64,000 nt of DNA. Source: Waterburya sp. GTDB taxonomy: Bacteria > Cyanobacteriota > Cyanobacteriia > Cyanobacteriales > Xenococcaceae. The position numbers and the translations under genes are program-made. The stretch covers positions 4,544,001 through 4,608,000 of the forward strand of contig CBDCJV010000002.1 of NCBI GenBank assembly GCA_965217895.1, in the 5' to 3' direction. Shown here in pieces: positions 41,226-52,553 of the stretch (position 1 is the stretch's first letter; the number at the start of each line of letters is the position of its first letter). The notes under the pieces are model-generated. The model saw nothing but the letters and a program-made list of their open reading frames with translations. It was not told the DNA's origin and searched no databases.

Positions 41226-41798
41226 TTAGTTAGAAGAATTATTATGAGGTTTTGTAGTGTGATCTTCTTTTGATTTAGTATAGCTCAAATGAAGTAAATA
41301 CTGGCTGATAGAAATAAGTAAAATAGCTAAAGCAACATAGATTATATCACTAAGTTGGCCGATTTCAATACTGAGCATTTGCTTAAATAAGCTAACAATT
41401 AGGGCAACAACAATTACATTAACCAATTTGCCTTTTAGTTCTTCTAAGCTGGCACTTTGCAGAATACTAGAATCATCTTGATGCTTAATTTCTATTTCTG
41501 AAATAAATAATTCGTAAATACCAAAAGCAAAAATTAATAAAACAATGCCGATGAGATAATAATCTACCCCTCCAATTATGTAGGTAATCGTCTTGATCGT
41601 CATTTCTCCCTCTGGATGTTGAGGATTTAATGCCAGAGTCAATCCTGCCCAGATATCTACAGTGCCAATTAAAATTAAGCGCAAAGCACTAAGTAAACTA
41701 AAAATAACTGGAATTAGAATGAAAAAACGAAAGTTCCAAATCAAGCTTTCAAAAGCTAACTCAAGCTTTCTAAATTTTCCTGTTGTCTTGTTTTTCAT
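41226..41798 (-). CDS. YqhA / UPF0114 membrane protein
   Basis: VDYYLIGIVLLIFAFGIYELFIS, SLEELKGKL. Confidence 0.88.
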   Translation of the reverse strand: MKNKTTGKFRKLELAFESLIWNFRFFILIPVIFSLLSALRLILIGTVDIWAGLTLALNPQHPEGEMTIKTITYIIGGVDYYLIGIVLLIFAFGIYELFISEIEIKHQDDSSILQSASLEELKGKLVNVIVVALIVSLFKQMLSIEIGQLSDIIYVALAILLISISQYLLHLSYTKSKEDHTTKPHNNSSN

Positions 41799-41829
41799 TA
41801 ATGCCCATTATGATTGCCAATCATTAAAT

Positions 41830-43038
41830 TTATACTGAATCTTTAACCCATTGTAGATGTTGAGGTAATAGTTTAGCTAAGTTATAGTTTTCTAAGATAG
41901 TTTCTCTAGCTTTGATGCGAATGCCTTCCATCCGCTCGGGATTATCTAAAGCTTCCATGACGCGATCGCTCGTTTGCTCAGGAGAAAAGAAATTAACTAG
42001 TAAGCCATTGACCCCATCTTCAATTACTTCGGTTACAGGGGCGGTATCAGAAGCCACAATCAAACAACCCGTAGATAAAGCTTCTAACATCGACCAAGAA
42101 AGCACAAAGGGACGGGTTAGATATATATGCGCGCAAGAGGCTTGTAACACCTGAAGATATTCGTTATAAGGTAATAGATCTGTAAAATGTACTCGCGACC
42201 TATCTAAAGAAAATTGCTCTAGCATCACCTTCTTGTAGGTTTTACCATCAGGTAGGCTTTTGCCGTAAGCGACGCGATCTTTGCCCACAATTATAAAATG
42301 ACATTGAGGTCGTTTTTTTTGCAGAATAGATATAGTTTCAATTAACTGAGGAAAACCGCGATAAGGCTCCATTCCTCTGGCGACATAAGTAACAATTTCT
42401 GCTGCCTGAGTTAAGTCAAGACCAATGCGAGGTAAAAACAACTTAGCATTTGGTGAGGGTTTGAAGTAATCGGTATCGATGCCATCGTGATGAACTTTAA
42501 TTTTGCTCAGAAACTCTGGGGGAAATTGCGATCGCTGCCACTCAGTCGGAGATAAAGCGCGATCGCAAGTAGCTAAATCTAGTAATATTGGCGCATTTTT
42601 AATTCTGATTCTTGCTTCATCATCAGCATTAACTGGCTCGCTTGGATCAAAGCTAGCATCTGAGCCATAAGCCTTATAAAACCATTCAAAGTAGCAAAGC
42701 AAAGTCGCCTTGGGAAAAATATCCTTCATAAACAAGGTTGGACCCCAGCCAGAATGTCCGTAAACAACATCAGGATAAAATCCCCGATCCTTTAGCTTTT
42801 GAGCGACACGATATGCCCCTTGAGCTTCTAAGACTGCATTTTCTAATGGTCGGACATAATGATGAGTCTCAGGATGAGCAGTGCGTGATTTTTCGTAAAC
42901 TACTTTGGTAACTCCCGCTATCTGACCCTCATGACGATTTGTAGCGTATACCACCGTATTGTCTGGATCTTGCCCTAAAACTGTAGCCAAATGGCGGAAT
43001 TGAGCAGGAAAATTAGGATGTAAAAATAAAATTTTCAT
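41830..43038 (-). CDS. Glycosyltransferase family 4
   Basis: HPNFPAQF, GHSGWG, FVLSWSMLEA. Confidence 0.92.
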   Translation of the reverse strand: MKILFLHPNFPAQFRHLATVLGQDPDNTVVYATNRHEGQIAGVTKVVYEKSRTAHPETHHYVRPLENAVLEAQGAYRVAQKLKDRGFYPDVVYGHSGWGPTLFMKDIFPKATLLCYFEWFYKAYGSDASFDPSEPVNADDEARIRIKNAPILLDLATCDRALSPTEWQRSQFPPEFLSKIKVHHDGIDTDYFKPSPNAKLFLPRIGLDLTQAAEIVTYVARGMEPYRGFPQLIETISILQKKRPQCHFIIVGKDRVAYGKSLPDGKTYKKVMLEQFSLDRSRVHFTDLLPYNEYLQVLQASCAHIYLTRPFVLSWSMLEALSTGCLIVASDTAPVTEVIEDGVNGLLVNFFSPEQTSDRVMEALDNPERMEGIRIKARETILENYNLAKLLPQHLQWVKDSV

Positions 43039-43253
43039 AACTAAAACTAATTGGTTAATCTAAAAGCTATTTAATTGCCCCAATTCTATCCTTTGTCTAG
43101 CAAACTCCAGGAAGTTAGTCCTTTTGATCGGAGAAGGAAGTTTGAAGAGTTAAGCAGCAAATTTGCTCTTTGATAAAAGATAGTAATCCTGTATAATTAT
43201 ATATTTGGAGATATTTTGTAAATATAGTGTCAATGTCAGAGGGGAAATAATAT

Positions 43254-43862
43254 ATGTCTCGCTATAGAGGTCCGCGTTTGCGGATCGTTCGCCGTTTAGG
43301 AGACTTACCAGGTTTAACTAGGAAAAGCGCACGTAAGGCTTATCCACCGGGACAGCATGGACAAAGCCGTCGCAAGCGTTCTGAATATGCTATACGTTTG
43401 GAAGAAAAGCAAAAACTTCGCTTTAACTACGGCATTACCGAAAAACAACTAGTGCGCTATGTCCGTAAAGCTCGTCGAGTTGCTGGTTCTACAGGACAGA
43501 CCTTACTAGAATTACTAGAAATGCGTTTGGATAACACCATTTTCCGCATGGGAATGGCTGGTACTATTCCTGCTGCACGTCAATTAGTCAACCACGGACA
43601 TATCTTGGTTAACGATCGCGTGGTTAACATTGCTAGCTATCAGTGTCGTCCTGGAGATGTGGTCAAAATTAGAGATCGCGATCGCTCACGCAAGCTAGTC
43701 GAAACTAACATGGAGTATCCAGGTTTAGCTAATCTACCTAGCCATTTGGAATTCAGTAAAGATACCTTTACAGGTAAGGTTAATGGCATAATTGAGCGAG
43801 AGTGGATTGCCCTTCAGGTGAATGAACTACTCGTTATTGAGTACTATTCACGGATGGCTTAG
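43254..43862 (+). CDS. rpsD: 30S ribosomal protein S4
   Basis: [23 protein letters not shown]. Confidence 0.99.
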   Translation: MSRYRGPRLRIVRRLGDLPGLTRKSARKAYPPGQHGQSRRKRSEYAIRLEEKQKLRFNYGITEKQLVRYVRKARRVAGSTGQTLLELLEMRLDNTIFRMGMAGTIPAARQLVNHGHILVNDRVVNIASYQCRPGDVVKIRDRDRSRKLVETNMEYPGLANLPSHLEFSKDTFTGKVNGIIEREWIALQVNELLVIEYYSRMA

Positions 43863-43863
43863 G

Positions 43864-43906
43864 ACATTGAACATTGAACATTGAACATTGAACACATTCA
43901 ACATTA
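43864..43906. repeat. Heptamer tandem repeat (ACATTGA)n
   Basis: Four exact copies plus degenerate ones. Confidence 0.9.
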
Positions 43907-44003
43907 AGTAACTTCTAATAAATTTGAAAAATTAAAAGAAAAATACATTTACTTGATTGAGTAAAACGATGGTAAATGATAGATGTTCAATGATAAATGT
44001 TTT

Positions 44004-44993
44004 TTATCCTCCAATTTGGGACATGGTGCGAGTATAAGTTCCTGCTTCAGTACCAGAGTCCCTATCTTTAAAGTTAATCTCAGGCTTGATTAGCAATAGT
44101 TGACTAATTTTAGCCTGTAATTCTTTATTATCCACTCCGCTTCGTAAGGCAGTTTTTAAATCAATTTGACCCGTCTCGTTTAGTAGACAAGGGCGTAACC
44201 AACCATCGGCTGAAAGTCTGACTCGGTTACAGCGATCGCAGAAGCATTCAGACATCTGAGAAATAAATCCTAGTGTGCCTTTAGCATTGGGAATTTGAAA
44301 TACATCGGCAGGGCCGTTACCCTTAATATTTGATTCTATTAAACCCCATTTTTGACGGACTGACTGCCGTATCTCTTCGGAGTCTATCCAGGCTTTTTCG
44401 CCAAATAAATAAGAATTACCAATAGGCATAAACTCAATAAAACGAATATGCCATTGGCGATCAATGCTCAAGGCAGCTAAATCCAAAACTTCTCGGTCGT
44501 TTAAGCCTGGAATCACCACCACGTTAAGCTTTAAAGGATCGAATCCTACTTGATGAGCAGTTAAAATCCCTTCCCAGGTTTGTTGCCAGCGACTTTTACC
44601 GCGATTACCAATTATTTGATCGAATATCTGAGGATCTAAAGAATCGAGGCTGATGTTAATGCGCTTTAATCCTGCATCATAAAGTGGCTGTGCCAAATCT
44701 GCTAATAAAAAGCCGTTGGTAGTCAAGGCGAGATCTTCGCAGGCGGGCAATTGGGCAAGATCTCTAACTAAATCTACTAATCCAGGACGTAATAATGGCT
44801 CTCCTCCTGTTAAGCGAAACTTAGTAAAACCTAAAGGTATAAAAACATCTCGCACTAAAGCCAGAATTTCGTGATTGCTTAATAATTCTTGGTTAAGAAC
44901 ATAATTAAGCTTGGCCTCTTCTGGCATACAGTATTGGCAACGAAAGTTGCATTTATCAATCAAGCTGATGCGTAAATAGTCTATTTCAGGCAT
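44004..44993 (-). CDS. moaA: GTP 3',8-cyclase
   Basis: [26 protein letters not shown]. Confidence 0.97.
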   Translation of the reverse strand: MPEIDYLRISLIDKCNFRCQYCMPEEAKLNYVLNQELLSNHEILALVRDVFIPLGFTKFRLTGGEPLLRPGLVDLVRDLAQLPACEDLALTTNGFLLADLAQPLYDAGLKRINISLDSLDPQIFDQIIGNRGKSRWQQTWEGILTAHQVGFDPLKLNVVVIPGLNDREVLDLAALSIDRQWHIRFIEFMPIGNSYLFGEKAWIDSEEIRQSVRQKWGLIESNIKGNGPADVFQIPNAKGTLGFISQMSECFCDRCNRVRLSADGWLRPCLLNETGQIDLKTALRSGVDNKELQAKISQLLLIKPEINFKDRDSGTEAGTYTRTMSQIGG

Positions 44994-45123
44994 TAAGCGG
45001 CTTAGTATAGTTAAAATATATTATTAATTAGGGAAGGCGATCGCTGTTCGCTACGCCAAAATAGCAATTAATTTCTTGATAGCTGTTTATTTTTCTATTA
45101 TTTAGCTTAATTGATGTCAGTCT

Positions 45124-45300
45124 TTAAACCAAGTGAAACTCTCTAAGAGCAGGAATAAAATTCCGATTTTCATGATTAGATCGACTCAGTTTAGTTAAGA
45201 CAAATCTTTGAATTTTTGTCAGCTTTTTCCATTGCTCCAAGGTAGGAAAAACTCCTAACTTTCTTTTAGCGATCGCCAGCCAAACTGGGAACTGTGCAAT
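45124..45300 (-). pseudogene. C-terminal remnant of nitrate-reductase-associated protein (NarM-like)
   Basis: QWKKLTKIQRFVLTKLSRSNHENRNFIPALREF, with the N-terminal part absent. Confidence 0.65.
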
Positions 45301-45367
45301 CATTATAATTTTCACTACTTACACAACATTCTATACTCAAAAGCCACCTAACTAACTCTTCAGTGGG

Positions 45368-45700
45368 TTAGCTATTTACAGGCTCAACTTCCACCAGAGA
45401 ATCACCGACTGCTGCTGCGTGTCCCATATCTGTATAAGTTGCAGCAGTTGCAGCATTTATTGTGTTGTTCGCGTGATTAATTTTTCGCCAATAACCCATT
45501 GGCGCAACCACAACTCCTTGTCGAGTTATATCACTGAGCATCGCTGGCACTTGAAAAGCTCCCCTATTGTTATATACCTTCACTATTTGTCCTTTAGAGA
45601 TACCGCGCTTAAGAGCATCATCGGGATGAATAATTACCTTTGATTCTCCCTCAAGCTTGGCGTGTTTGGAATTGCTTGGCACGGTATCCTTTAAGAAAAG
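45368..45700 (-). pseudogene. C-terminal remnant of a molybdopterin oxidoreductase (dinucleotide-binding domain only)
   Basis: IHPDDALKRGI..VKVYNNRG..GVVVAPMGYW. There is no room upstream for the catalytic domains. Confidence 0.75.
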
Positions 45701-45816
45701 CTGAACCCTATTTATCCCCATTCGAGGTTAAAGGAAAAAAGTAGCTAATTCCCATCAGACGTATGATTAAGAAGTAAGATAAATTGTTAAAAACAAGCAA
45801 TAAAATAAATTTCAGA

Positions 45817-47331
45817 ATGAGCTTCCAACAAGAGTTTAGCCTTCTATTACGTGCCTGTTACCCTTTGATTTATCTGCCTACCAACGAAGAAGAAAGGGCA
45901 GAAAAAGCGATCGCTGCTATTACTGAGAAAGTAGGCAAGCGTAATGTTTTTATTTGGGATTTTGTTAACGGCTATCAAGAAAACCCTAATAATGCAGGAT
46001 TCGGTAAGCGCAATCCTTTACAGGCATTGGAATTTATTACCAATATGCCAAAAAATGCAGGAGGAGTCTTTATACTGCGTGATTTTCAGCGTTTTTTAGA
46101 AGATATTGCTATTTCCCGCGAATTACGTAACCTAGCGCGGATATTAAAATCACAACCAAAAAATATTGTGATTATTGCTCCTCAAGTAAACATACCCGAA
46201 GAATTAGCCGAAGCAATTACTATAGTCGATTTCCCTTTACCCACTACCCCAGAAATCAAAACCGAAATTACTCGCTTAATTTCGGCAACGGGACAAACTC
46301 TATCTGATAAACTTTTAGCTGAATTTGTCAGGGCAGCCAAAGGACTTTCTACAGAAAGGATTAGAAGAGTTTTGACTAAAGCGATCGCCAGTACGGGTCA
46401 GCTAGAACCAGAAGACGTAGAGCTAATCCTCGAAGAAAAACGTCAGTCAATTCGTCAGACACAAATATTAGACTTCTATCCCGCCACCGAACAAATTTCC
46501 GATATAGGCGGTCTAGACAACCTTAAAAGCTGGCTATTGCGTCGAGGAGGTGCATTTAGCGAGCAAGCTAGAGCCTACGGCTTGCCTAATCCCAGAGGAC
46601 TATTATTGGTAGGGATACAGGGGACAGGAAAATCTTTGACGGCAAAAGCGATCGCTCATCATTGGCATTTACCTTTGTTACGGTTGGACGTAGGACGCTT
46701 GTTTGCAGGTTTAGTAGGAGAATCAGAATCTCGTACTCGCCAAACTATCGAATTAGCCGAAGCTCTTTCTCCTTGTATATTGTGGATCGACGAAATTGAC
46801 AAAGGTTTTTCAGGGGTTGACGGTAAAGGAGATTCAGGCACTACTAGCCGTGTTTTTGGTACGTTTATCACCTGGTTGGCAGAAAAAAAATCGCCAGTAT
46901 TTGTAGTGGCTACAGCCAATAATATTCGCTCCCTCCCTCCAGAGATGTTGCGCAAAGGCAGGTTTGATGAGATATTTTTTGTGGGTTTACCTAATCAAGA
47001 AGAGCGACAGGCTATTTTTAAAGTACATTTAGTTAAATTACGTCCCCATAACCTGGGCAATTATGATGTCAAGCGGTTAGCATATGAAACACCAGAATTT
47101 TCTGGGGCAGAAATTGAACAGACTATCATCGAAGCAATGCACATTGGCTTTAGTCAAAATCGTGATTTTACTACAGATGATATCCTAGAGGCTGCAAGCC
47201 AAATTGTTCCCCTGGCAAAAACAGCCCAAGAACAAATTGAATTTCTGCAAAAATGGGTGGCAGCGGGAAAAGCTCGTCTGGCATCTAAAAATAATGGTTT
47301 AAGCGATCGCATTCAAAGTCAACTTAATTAA
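45817..47331 (+). CDS. ycf46: AAA ATPase Ycf46
   Basis: GIQGTGKS, LWIDEIDK, LRKGRFDEIFF. Confidence 0.93.
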   Translation: MSFQQEFSLLLRACYPLIYLPTNEEERAEKAIAAITEKVGKRNVFIWDFVNGYQENPNNAGFGKRNPLQALEFITNMPKNAGGVFILRDFQRFLEDIAISRELRNLARILKSQPKNIVIIAPQVNIPEELAEAITIVDFPLPTTPEIKTEITRLISATGQTLSDKLLAEFVRAAKGLSTERIRRVLTKAIASTGQLEPEDVELILEEKRQSIRQTQILDFYPATEQISDIGGLDNLKSWLLRRGGAFSEQARAYGLPNPRGLLLVGIQGTGKSLTAKAIAHHWHLPLLRLDVGRLFAGLVGESESRTRQTIELAEALSPCILWIDEIDKGFSGVDGKGDSGTTSRVFGTFITWLAEKKSPVFVVATANNIRSLPPEMLRKGRFDEIFFVGLPNQEERQAIFKVHLVKLRPHNLGNYDVKRLAYETPEFSGAEIEQTIIEAMHIGFSQNRDFTTDDILEAASQIVPLAKTAQEQIEFLQKWVAAGKARLASKNNGLSDRIQSQLN

Positions 47332-47334
47332 TAG

Positions 47335-47853
47335 ATGACTAAATCTATCTTTGTTCAACGTTTATCATCCATTGTCCAATTTATCTTGGGCTTTGTTCTC
47401 GGCATTAGTTTAATTGCGGGATTATCAGGCACGGTAATATATGCTTACTATAAGAAAATGTCTACCTTGCCAAAAAAACCTGCTTTTCCTGAAGTCCCAG
47501 CACAACCATCAGCATCCAAAGACACTCAGCCATCCACCAGTATTGAACCTTTAGAGTCTGATATTACTAAAGAATCAAAGGAGTTAGATCAGGAGGCTAA
47601 AGCTGAACCCGAATCCAAACCCGAATCTGAGCTACCGCCCAATGCCTATCGTGCAGAGGTTACTTGGCCCCAAGGTCTAAGTTTAAGAGCCGAACCCGAT
47701 GTAAATGCTGACAGGATTGGCGGAGTAGGTTTTGAGGAAAAGATCATCATTCTCGAAGATTCTGCTGATGGCAAGTGGCAAAGAGTTAGAGTCCCTGGTA
47801 GTGAGCAGGAAGGTTGGGTAAAAGGAGGAAATACTAAGCGTACTTCTGAGTGA
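47335..47853 (+). CDS. Membrane-anchored SH3 domain protein
   Basis: VTWPQGLSLR..EGWVKGGN. Confidence 0.85.
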   Translation: MTKSIFVQRLSSIVQFILGFVLGISLIAGLSGTVIYAYYKKMSTLPKKPAFPEVPAQPSASKDTQPSTSIEPLESDITKESKELDQEAKAEPESKPESELPPNAYRAEVTWPQGLSLRAEPDVNADRIGGVGFEEKIIILEDSADGKWQRVRVPGSEQEGWVKGGNTKRTSE

Positions 47854-47921
47854 ACGTTAGTTCGATGGCTGCAAAATAGCGTAGTCTATCCAACCACGCT
47901 GTTGAAAACTGTCGTAAGTTT

Positions 47922-48827
47922 TTACTTATTAATTAGCGATCGCAAGTTACCTTGATTTTGATTTAATAATGCTTCTCCCGCCTGGGCATCCAAGCCCGTC
48001 CAGTGCATTAATAAAGCTAACTTAACTTTCTTCTGGCTTTTTTCAAGCAAATCTTGGGCTTCGGTACGGTTAAGCTCAGTTAAGTCGCTAATAATGCGCA
48101 AGGCGCGATCGTTTAGCTTATCGTTAGTTACTGCCACATCAATCATGCGGTTGCCGTAAACCTTGCCATAGCGAACCATTGCCCCCGTAGAGATAATATT
48201 TAACGCCATCTTAGTAACCGTACCCGCCTTGAGTCTAGTTGAACCTGCTAATATTTCTGCACCTACTAATAAGCGAATATCAATATCAGCATCAATGGGT
48301 ACTTGTTCGCTGCTGACGCAGCTTATTGCTACAGTTTTTGCTCCTTTCGCTTTGGCTGCCTTTAATGCACCATGAACAAAAGGAGTTGTGCCTCCTGCGG
48401 TGATGCCGATGACTATATCTAAATCAGTTATTTGATTTTGGGCGATCGCCCTTGCTCCATCTTCGGGGCGATCTTCTAAAGCCTCAGAACTCTTAACCAA
48501 GGCTGCTGCACCTCCTGCTAAAATTCCCTGAACTAATTCTGGAGGAGTACAAAAGGTAGGAGGACATTCGGCCGCGTCTAAAACTCCTAATCTGCCGCTA
48601 GTACCTGCACCAACATAGAATAGTCTGCCTCCTTGTCCAAATGCAGCAGCAGTCACATCAATAGTTTTAGCTAGAGTCACGCGAGCTTGGGCGATCGCCT
48701 CTATGGTTTTGATGTCTTCTTGATTAAATAAATCGACTATTTCTAAAGTGGATAAACTATCTAAATTTTGACTGTGGGGATTGATCTGTTCGGTCAACAA
48801 ATGTCCCCGTGACTGCAAGTTATCCAT
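47922..48827 (-). CDS. murQ: N-acetylmuramic acid 6-phosphate etherase
   Basis: GAGTSGRLG, ECPPTF, GSTRLKAGT. Confidence 0.97.
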   Translation of the reverse strand: MDNLQSRGHLLTEQINPHSQNLDSLSTLEIVDLFNQEDIKTIEAIAQARVTLAKTIDVTAAAFGQGGRLFYVGAGTSGRLGVLDAAECPPTFCTPPELVQGILAGGAAALVKSSEALEDRPEDGARAIAQNQITDLDIVIGITAGGTTPFVHGALKAAKAKGAKTVAISCVSSEQVPIDADIDIRLLVGAEILAGSTRLKAGTVTKMALNIISTGAMVRYGKVYGNRMIDVAVTNDKLNDRALRIISDLTELNRTEAQDLLEKSQKKVKLALLMHWTGLDAQAGEALLNQNQGNLRSLINK

Positions 48828-48880
48828 CTTAATAATTTACGCTTGATGTGGATCAGCTTTGTTTAAAATTTATCGGTTCG

Positions 48881-48915
48881 TAGCTTTTAGCTTTTAGCTC
48901 TTAGCTCTTAGCTTT
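48881..48915. repeat. Heptamer tandem repeat TAGCT(T/C)T
   Basis: Five copies, read directly. Confidence 0.85.
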
Positions 48916-49140
48916 AAGACACTACGCAGTATTTCAATTTAACTAATATGCTGAAACTTAGCTAGCGTAAAAGTAAAAAAACAATTGTTTGACATTTTCA
49001 ATTATGATTTTATCTAGCAAAAGCTTGATTATAAGTGATTTTTAATTCATATAAGGCATAATTTACTCAATTACTTACTTTCAATAAATATTCCTGGCTA
49101 ATCAATTTACCAGCACTCCTCACACTTCATACTTCACACT

Positions 49141-49527
49141 TCAAAGCAGCCCTTCCAATTGACGACGAATGCGATCTAAGTCTTCATTAGCCATCGATTC
49201 TTCTTCTAGGGGCGAAGTATCTGCATTTGTTAACTCTTCAGTTTCCCAGTTAAGCTCCTCTATGTTTTTTTCGGGGGGAATTTCCCACTGTCCTGGCTCG
49301 ACTATTTTCCAGTCATAGTCAGCCTGACGGCAAAACTGCTCTACTTCTTCAGAATCGATCGCCTCTACTTTAGCTTCAGGAAAATCTTGTGCCTCTAATA
49401 ATCCTGCATAGCGTATGGCATCGTCTTCTTCGTGAAACATCAAAATCGTGTTGCGATCGCCTACTTGAACAGTATGAATTCCTTCATTATCAGTTCCAGC
49501 ATTAAACAGCAAAATATGTACTAGCAT
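49141..49527 (-). CDS. DUF3110 family protein
   Basis: LLFNAGTDNEGIHT, YAGLLEAQDFP, IRRQLEGLL. Confidence 0.88.
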   Translation of the reverse strand: MLVHILLFNAGTDNEGIHTVQVGDRNTILMFHEEDDAIRYAGLLEAQDFPEAKVEAIDSEEVEQFCRQADYDWKIVEPGQWEIPPEKNIEELNWETEELTNADTSPLEEESMANEDLDRIRRQLEGLL

Positions 49528-49647
49528 AATAAACTCACGCCAACTCTCTATTTATGCCAATTACAACATAAAATCACTTCATTAAGTAAGACCTAATTAA
49601 TATTAAATAAATTTTTTGCTTTCACTGATGTCTAGAAGCTATTAATT

Positions 49648-49676
49648 AAAAAAAAAGGCGATATTTTAACCGCCTC
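49648..49676 (-). terminator. Intrinsic terminator
   Basis: Minus strand GAGGCGG..TCGCCT followed by a long T-run. Confidence 0.6.
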
Positions 49677-49735
49677 TTTAATCAACCATCAACTGAAGCA
49701 GAAGTATTAAATTCTGCGTTATGCAGTAAAGTTGC

Positions 49736-50215
49736 TTAATTTCTAGTTAACCATTTTTGGGCATTAAGACGCTGTACAGTATACATAACCAAAAGATCTA
49801 AGTTAACTCTTCTCTCATCAATCATAAAAGATTCAATGGTGCTGGGCTTGTTCCCATAGGTAGAGTAAGAGAAAGCTTTTTGACCTGAGATATCCTCATC
49901 AGGAAAATAAAGGTTGAAGGCGCGATCGCCATCTTGCCATTTTCCTACTACTTGCCAACAGGGTTCATTAGAATTGGCATCTTCAATTGGCACATTTTGC
50001 TCCACGAAGGTCAAATCTAGGTCTTCAATTCCCTCACTAGCCATTGCTTCTTTTAATGCTGGAAGATAGTGTTCTTGAATAAATTCACTAAACGGTTTGT
50101 CTTCTAATTTAGGTGGCTTTTCTTTCTTGGTTGCTGCCCCCGCAGCAGGTTTAGCAGTATCTTTTTCCTCTGCTGAAGATTTTGCCCGATCTTTTTTGTT
50201 TGTTTCCTCTGCCAT
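49736..50215 (-). CDS. ndhV: DUF2996 protein, NDH-1 subunit NdhV
   Basis: KKEKPPKLEDKPF, STIESFMIDE, QRLNAQKWL. Confidence 0.85.
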   Translation of the reverse strand: MAEETNKKDRAKSSAEEKDTAKPAAGAATKKEKPPKLEDKPFSEFIQEHYLPALKEAMASEGIEDLDLTFVEQNVPIEDANSNEPCWQVVGKWQDGDRAFNLYFPDEDISGQKAFSYSTYGNKPSTIESFMIDERRVNLDLLVMYTVQRLNAQKWLTRN

Positions 50216-50344
50216 GTTGCACCAATTTTACAGCTTGAGCTAGGGTTTTGCTTGACGAGCGACCCTGCGCGCGGTTAACGCGCAAGTCGTGAGTGTTATT
50301 CTATCACGACTGTTTTTAGGCAGATGATCAAAAAAAGTCAGCAG

Positions 50345-50677
50345 TTAAAGATATGATGCGATCGCTCCTCTAAAAAAGAAATAGGCATCCCAAATTATAT
50401 AGCTGTAAACTGCCATTACCCCAACGGTGATTGCTAGCTTTTTGGCGGTAGCTACTTCCTGGCTCACATAAGCTAGCCAGTAGATTATAAAAGGAGTGGT
50501 TAAATAACAAAAGAACCCATAGCCTAGACATTTAAAAATTATTTCAACCAACTTGTATTCAATACTGTTTGATATTTTTAAAATAATTAGTATAGATAAT
50601 ATCCCCGCAATAAACTGGACGATACTATTTTTGAGCAATAAGAATAAAATACCCTTGTTATCCTGAGAATTTTTCAT
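50345..50677 (-). CDS. Hypothetical membrane protein
   Basis: Three hydrophobic segments. Confidence 0.65.
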   Translation of the reverse strand: MKNSQDNKGILFLLLKNSIVQFIAGILSILIILKISNSIEYKLVEIIFKCLGYGFFCYLTTPFIIYWLAYVSQEVATAKKLAITVGVMAVYSYIIWDAYFFFRGAIASYL

Positions 50678-50906
50678 TATTTTGTAAATCAATCTTTTTT
50701 GTCAGATTCACAAAGAAGATTTGTATTATTAAAGAATTATGATTCTGTAATTATATCTAGGTAATTATTCGTATTTGTTAAAGAGTCTAAGAAGTTTTGC
50801 CGAGAAATATGTAGACAATATGTACTTCTCGTTTAAGCCCTGTTATTGATTGCAGCGGTTGAGGCAGTTAAGATAGTAAGGGCTAATATTTACAAAATGT
50901 GGTTCT

Positions 50907-51713
50907 ATGATGCACGGCTTTATTCCTCCTCAACGCTATTTTCCCTATTTATCCTGGACAGAAATAGAGCAGATGCCCAATAAAGAAAACGTAGTCATCA
51001 TTCAGCCTATTGGTGCGATTGAGCAACATGGACCCCATTTACCGATCGCCGTAGATTCTGCTATCAGTTTAGGAGTAGTTGGCAAAGCTTTAGAGCAATT
51101 AGAGTCAAATATTCCTGCTTATGCCCTTCCCTGTTTATATTACGGAAAATCTAATGAACACGATGGCTTTCCTGGCACAATTAGTCTTACAGCCACCACT
51201 CTACTGTTGGTAATTAAAGAAATGGCAGCCAGTATATACCACTCAGGGTTTCGTAAACTGGTGCTAATGAATTCTCACGGAGGACAACTGCAAATTATGG
51301 AAATAGCTGCTAGAGATTTGCATCAGGAAAATCCCGATTTTGCCGTATTTCCTTTGTTTACCTGGCGTGTCCCTCATATAGCAGGCGATCTGCTTACAGC
51401 CCAGGAGCAAGAATATGGTATTCATGCAGGAGATACAGAAACGAGTATTATGCTCTCGCTGTTGCCAAAACAGGTCAAAATGGCTCAGGCAGTGAAGGAA
51501 TATCCTCAAGGTTTACCCCAAGATAGTCTTTTAGGTATGGAGGGAAAGCTACCTTTTCCTTGGCTAACTAAAAAATTAAGCAAAAGTGGCGTTATGGGAG
51601 ATGCCACGGCTGCCACCAAAGAGAAAGGCGATCGCATTTTACAATCTGTTGCCGATGGTTGGGTACAGGTAATTAAAGATATTTATAAATTTCAACAGCC
51701 TAATATTGGTTAG
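50907..51713 (+). CDS. Creatininase family protein
   Basis: GAIEQHGPHLP, NSHGG, HAGDTETS. Confidence 0.93.
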   Translation: MMHGFIPPQRYFPYLSWTEIEQMPNKENVVIIQPIGAIEQHGPHLPIAVDSAISLGVVGKALEQLESNIPAYALPCLYYGKSNEHDGFPGTISLTATTLLLVIKEMAASIYHSGFRKLVLMNSHGGQLQIMEIAARDLHQENPDFAVFPLFTWRVPHIAGDLLTAQEQEYGIHAGDTETSIMLSLLPKQVKMAQAVKEYPQGLPQDSLLGMEGKLPFPWLTKKLSKSGVMGDATAATKEKGDRILQSVADGWVQVIKDIYKFQQPNIG

Positions 51714-52407
51714 CTATTAGTTTATCGCTGTCTGCATCGCAGTGCTGCTGAATCACTGCATAACATTCTTCTACCGTTGCTCTTTGCTTCATTGCCTCAA
51801 TTAAAGCCTCATAAGACTCTTGGTGTCTGGTTAAAAGATTGGTAGCCTGTAGCTGCGCCCAGCGTTCTTTTTGAGAGTGACCTACCTCTGGTAATCCCGC
51901 CATCATCAAAGCTTGTTTTAACTGTTGTCGATCTTCTGCACCACCTTGAGCATTCCCATAGGCGATTTTTTCGGCTGCTATTCCTGCCATCCAGACTGTA
52001 CATAGACGTTCCAAAGTTAAACGCATTTTTTCAAATTCAAATGGTTTGGCGGTCAAGCTTTTTGTATCAAAGCTCACTCCGCCTCTCCCTAACTGCCCCT
52101 GTTTTATTACTTCCCAGGCGGTTAGCGTATAGCCTGTGATGGGTATCCCTAAAAAATAAGCAGTCAGAAAATGACCTGCCTCATGGTAAATTATGCGCTG
52201 GCGTTGTTCAGTCGATGCAAACAAGTCCAAGAGCAAGGAAACTCCCCTGCTATTCCAGCTTAAAGTATCTACTGTAGCTAAGCTTAGAAGACCAAAGGTA
52301 ACCGCAGCAGGCACAACAGGAGGAATATGAAAAATTGGCCCAAGTAGCGATGTCATAGTCATCAGAAAAATGGCGATCGCAATTAAATTTAAGGCAGTTT
52401 GGGACAT
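51700..52407 (-). CDS. M41-like Zn-dependent protease domain membrane protein
   Basis: HEAGH, MAGIAAE, GGAED. Confidence 0.85.
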   Translation of the reverse strand: MSQTALNLIAIAIFLMTMTSLLGPIFHIPPVVPAAVTFGLLSLATVDTLSWNSRGVSLLLDLFASTEQRQRIIYHEAGHFLTAYFLGIPITGYTLTAWEVIKQGQLGRGGVSFDTKSLTAKPFEFEKMRLTLERLCTVWMAGIAAEKIAYGNAQGGAEDRQQLKQALMMAGLPEVGHSQKERWAQLQATNLLTRHQESYEALIEAMKQRATVEECYAVIQQHCDADSDKLIANQY

Positions 52408-52553
52408 TATTAATAAATATATGTATCTTAAAGTTTAGATTTAATAAGTATATTGATTTTAGCGGATAGACATAAAAAACAAAAAAATATCGCAACCGAC
52501 CACTAAAAAACTGATTAGTTGCCTTTAATATCAGACTTCTGACTTCCGCGTAG

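Noticed and set aside
51700..51713. Convergent 3' overlap of the creatininase and protease genes
   Set aside because: Short tail-to-tail overlaps are common.
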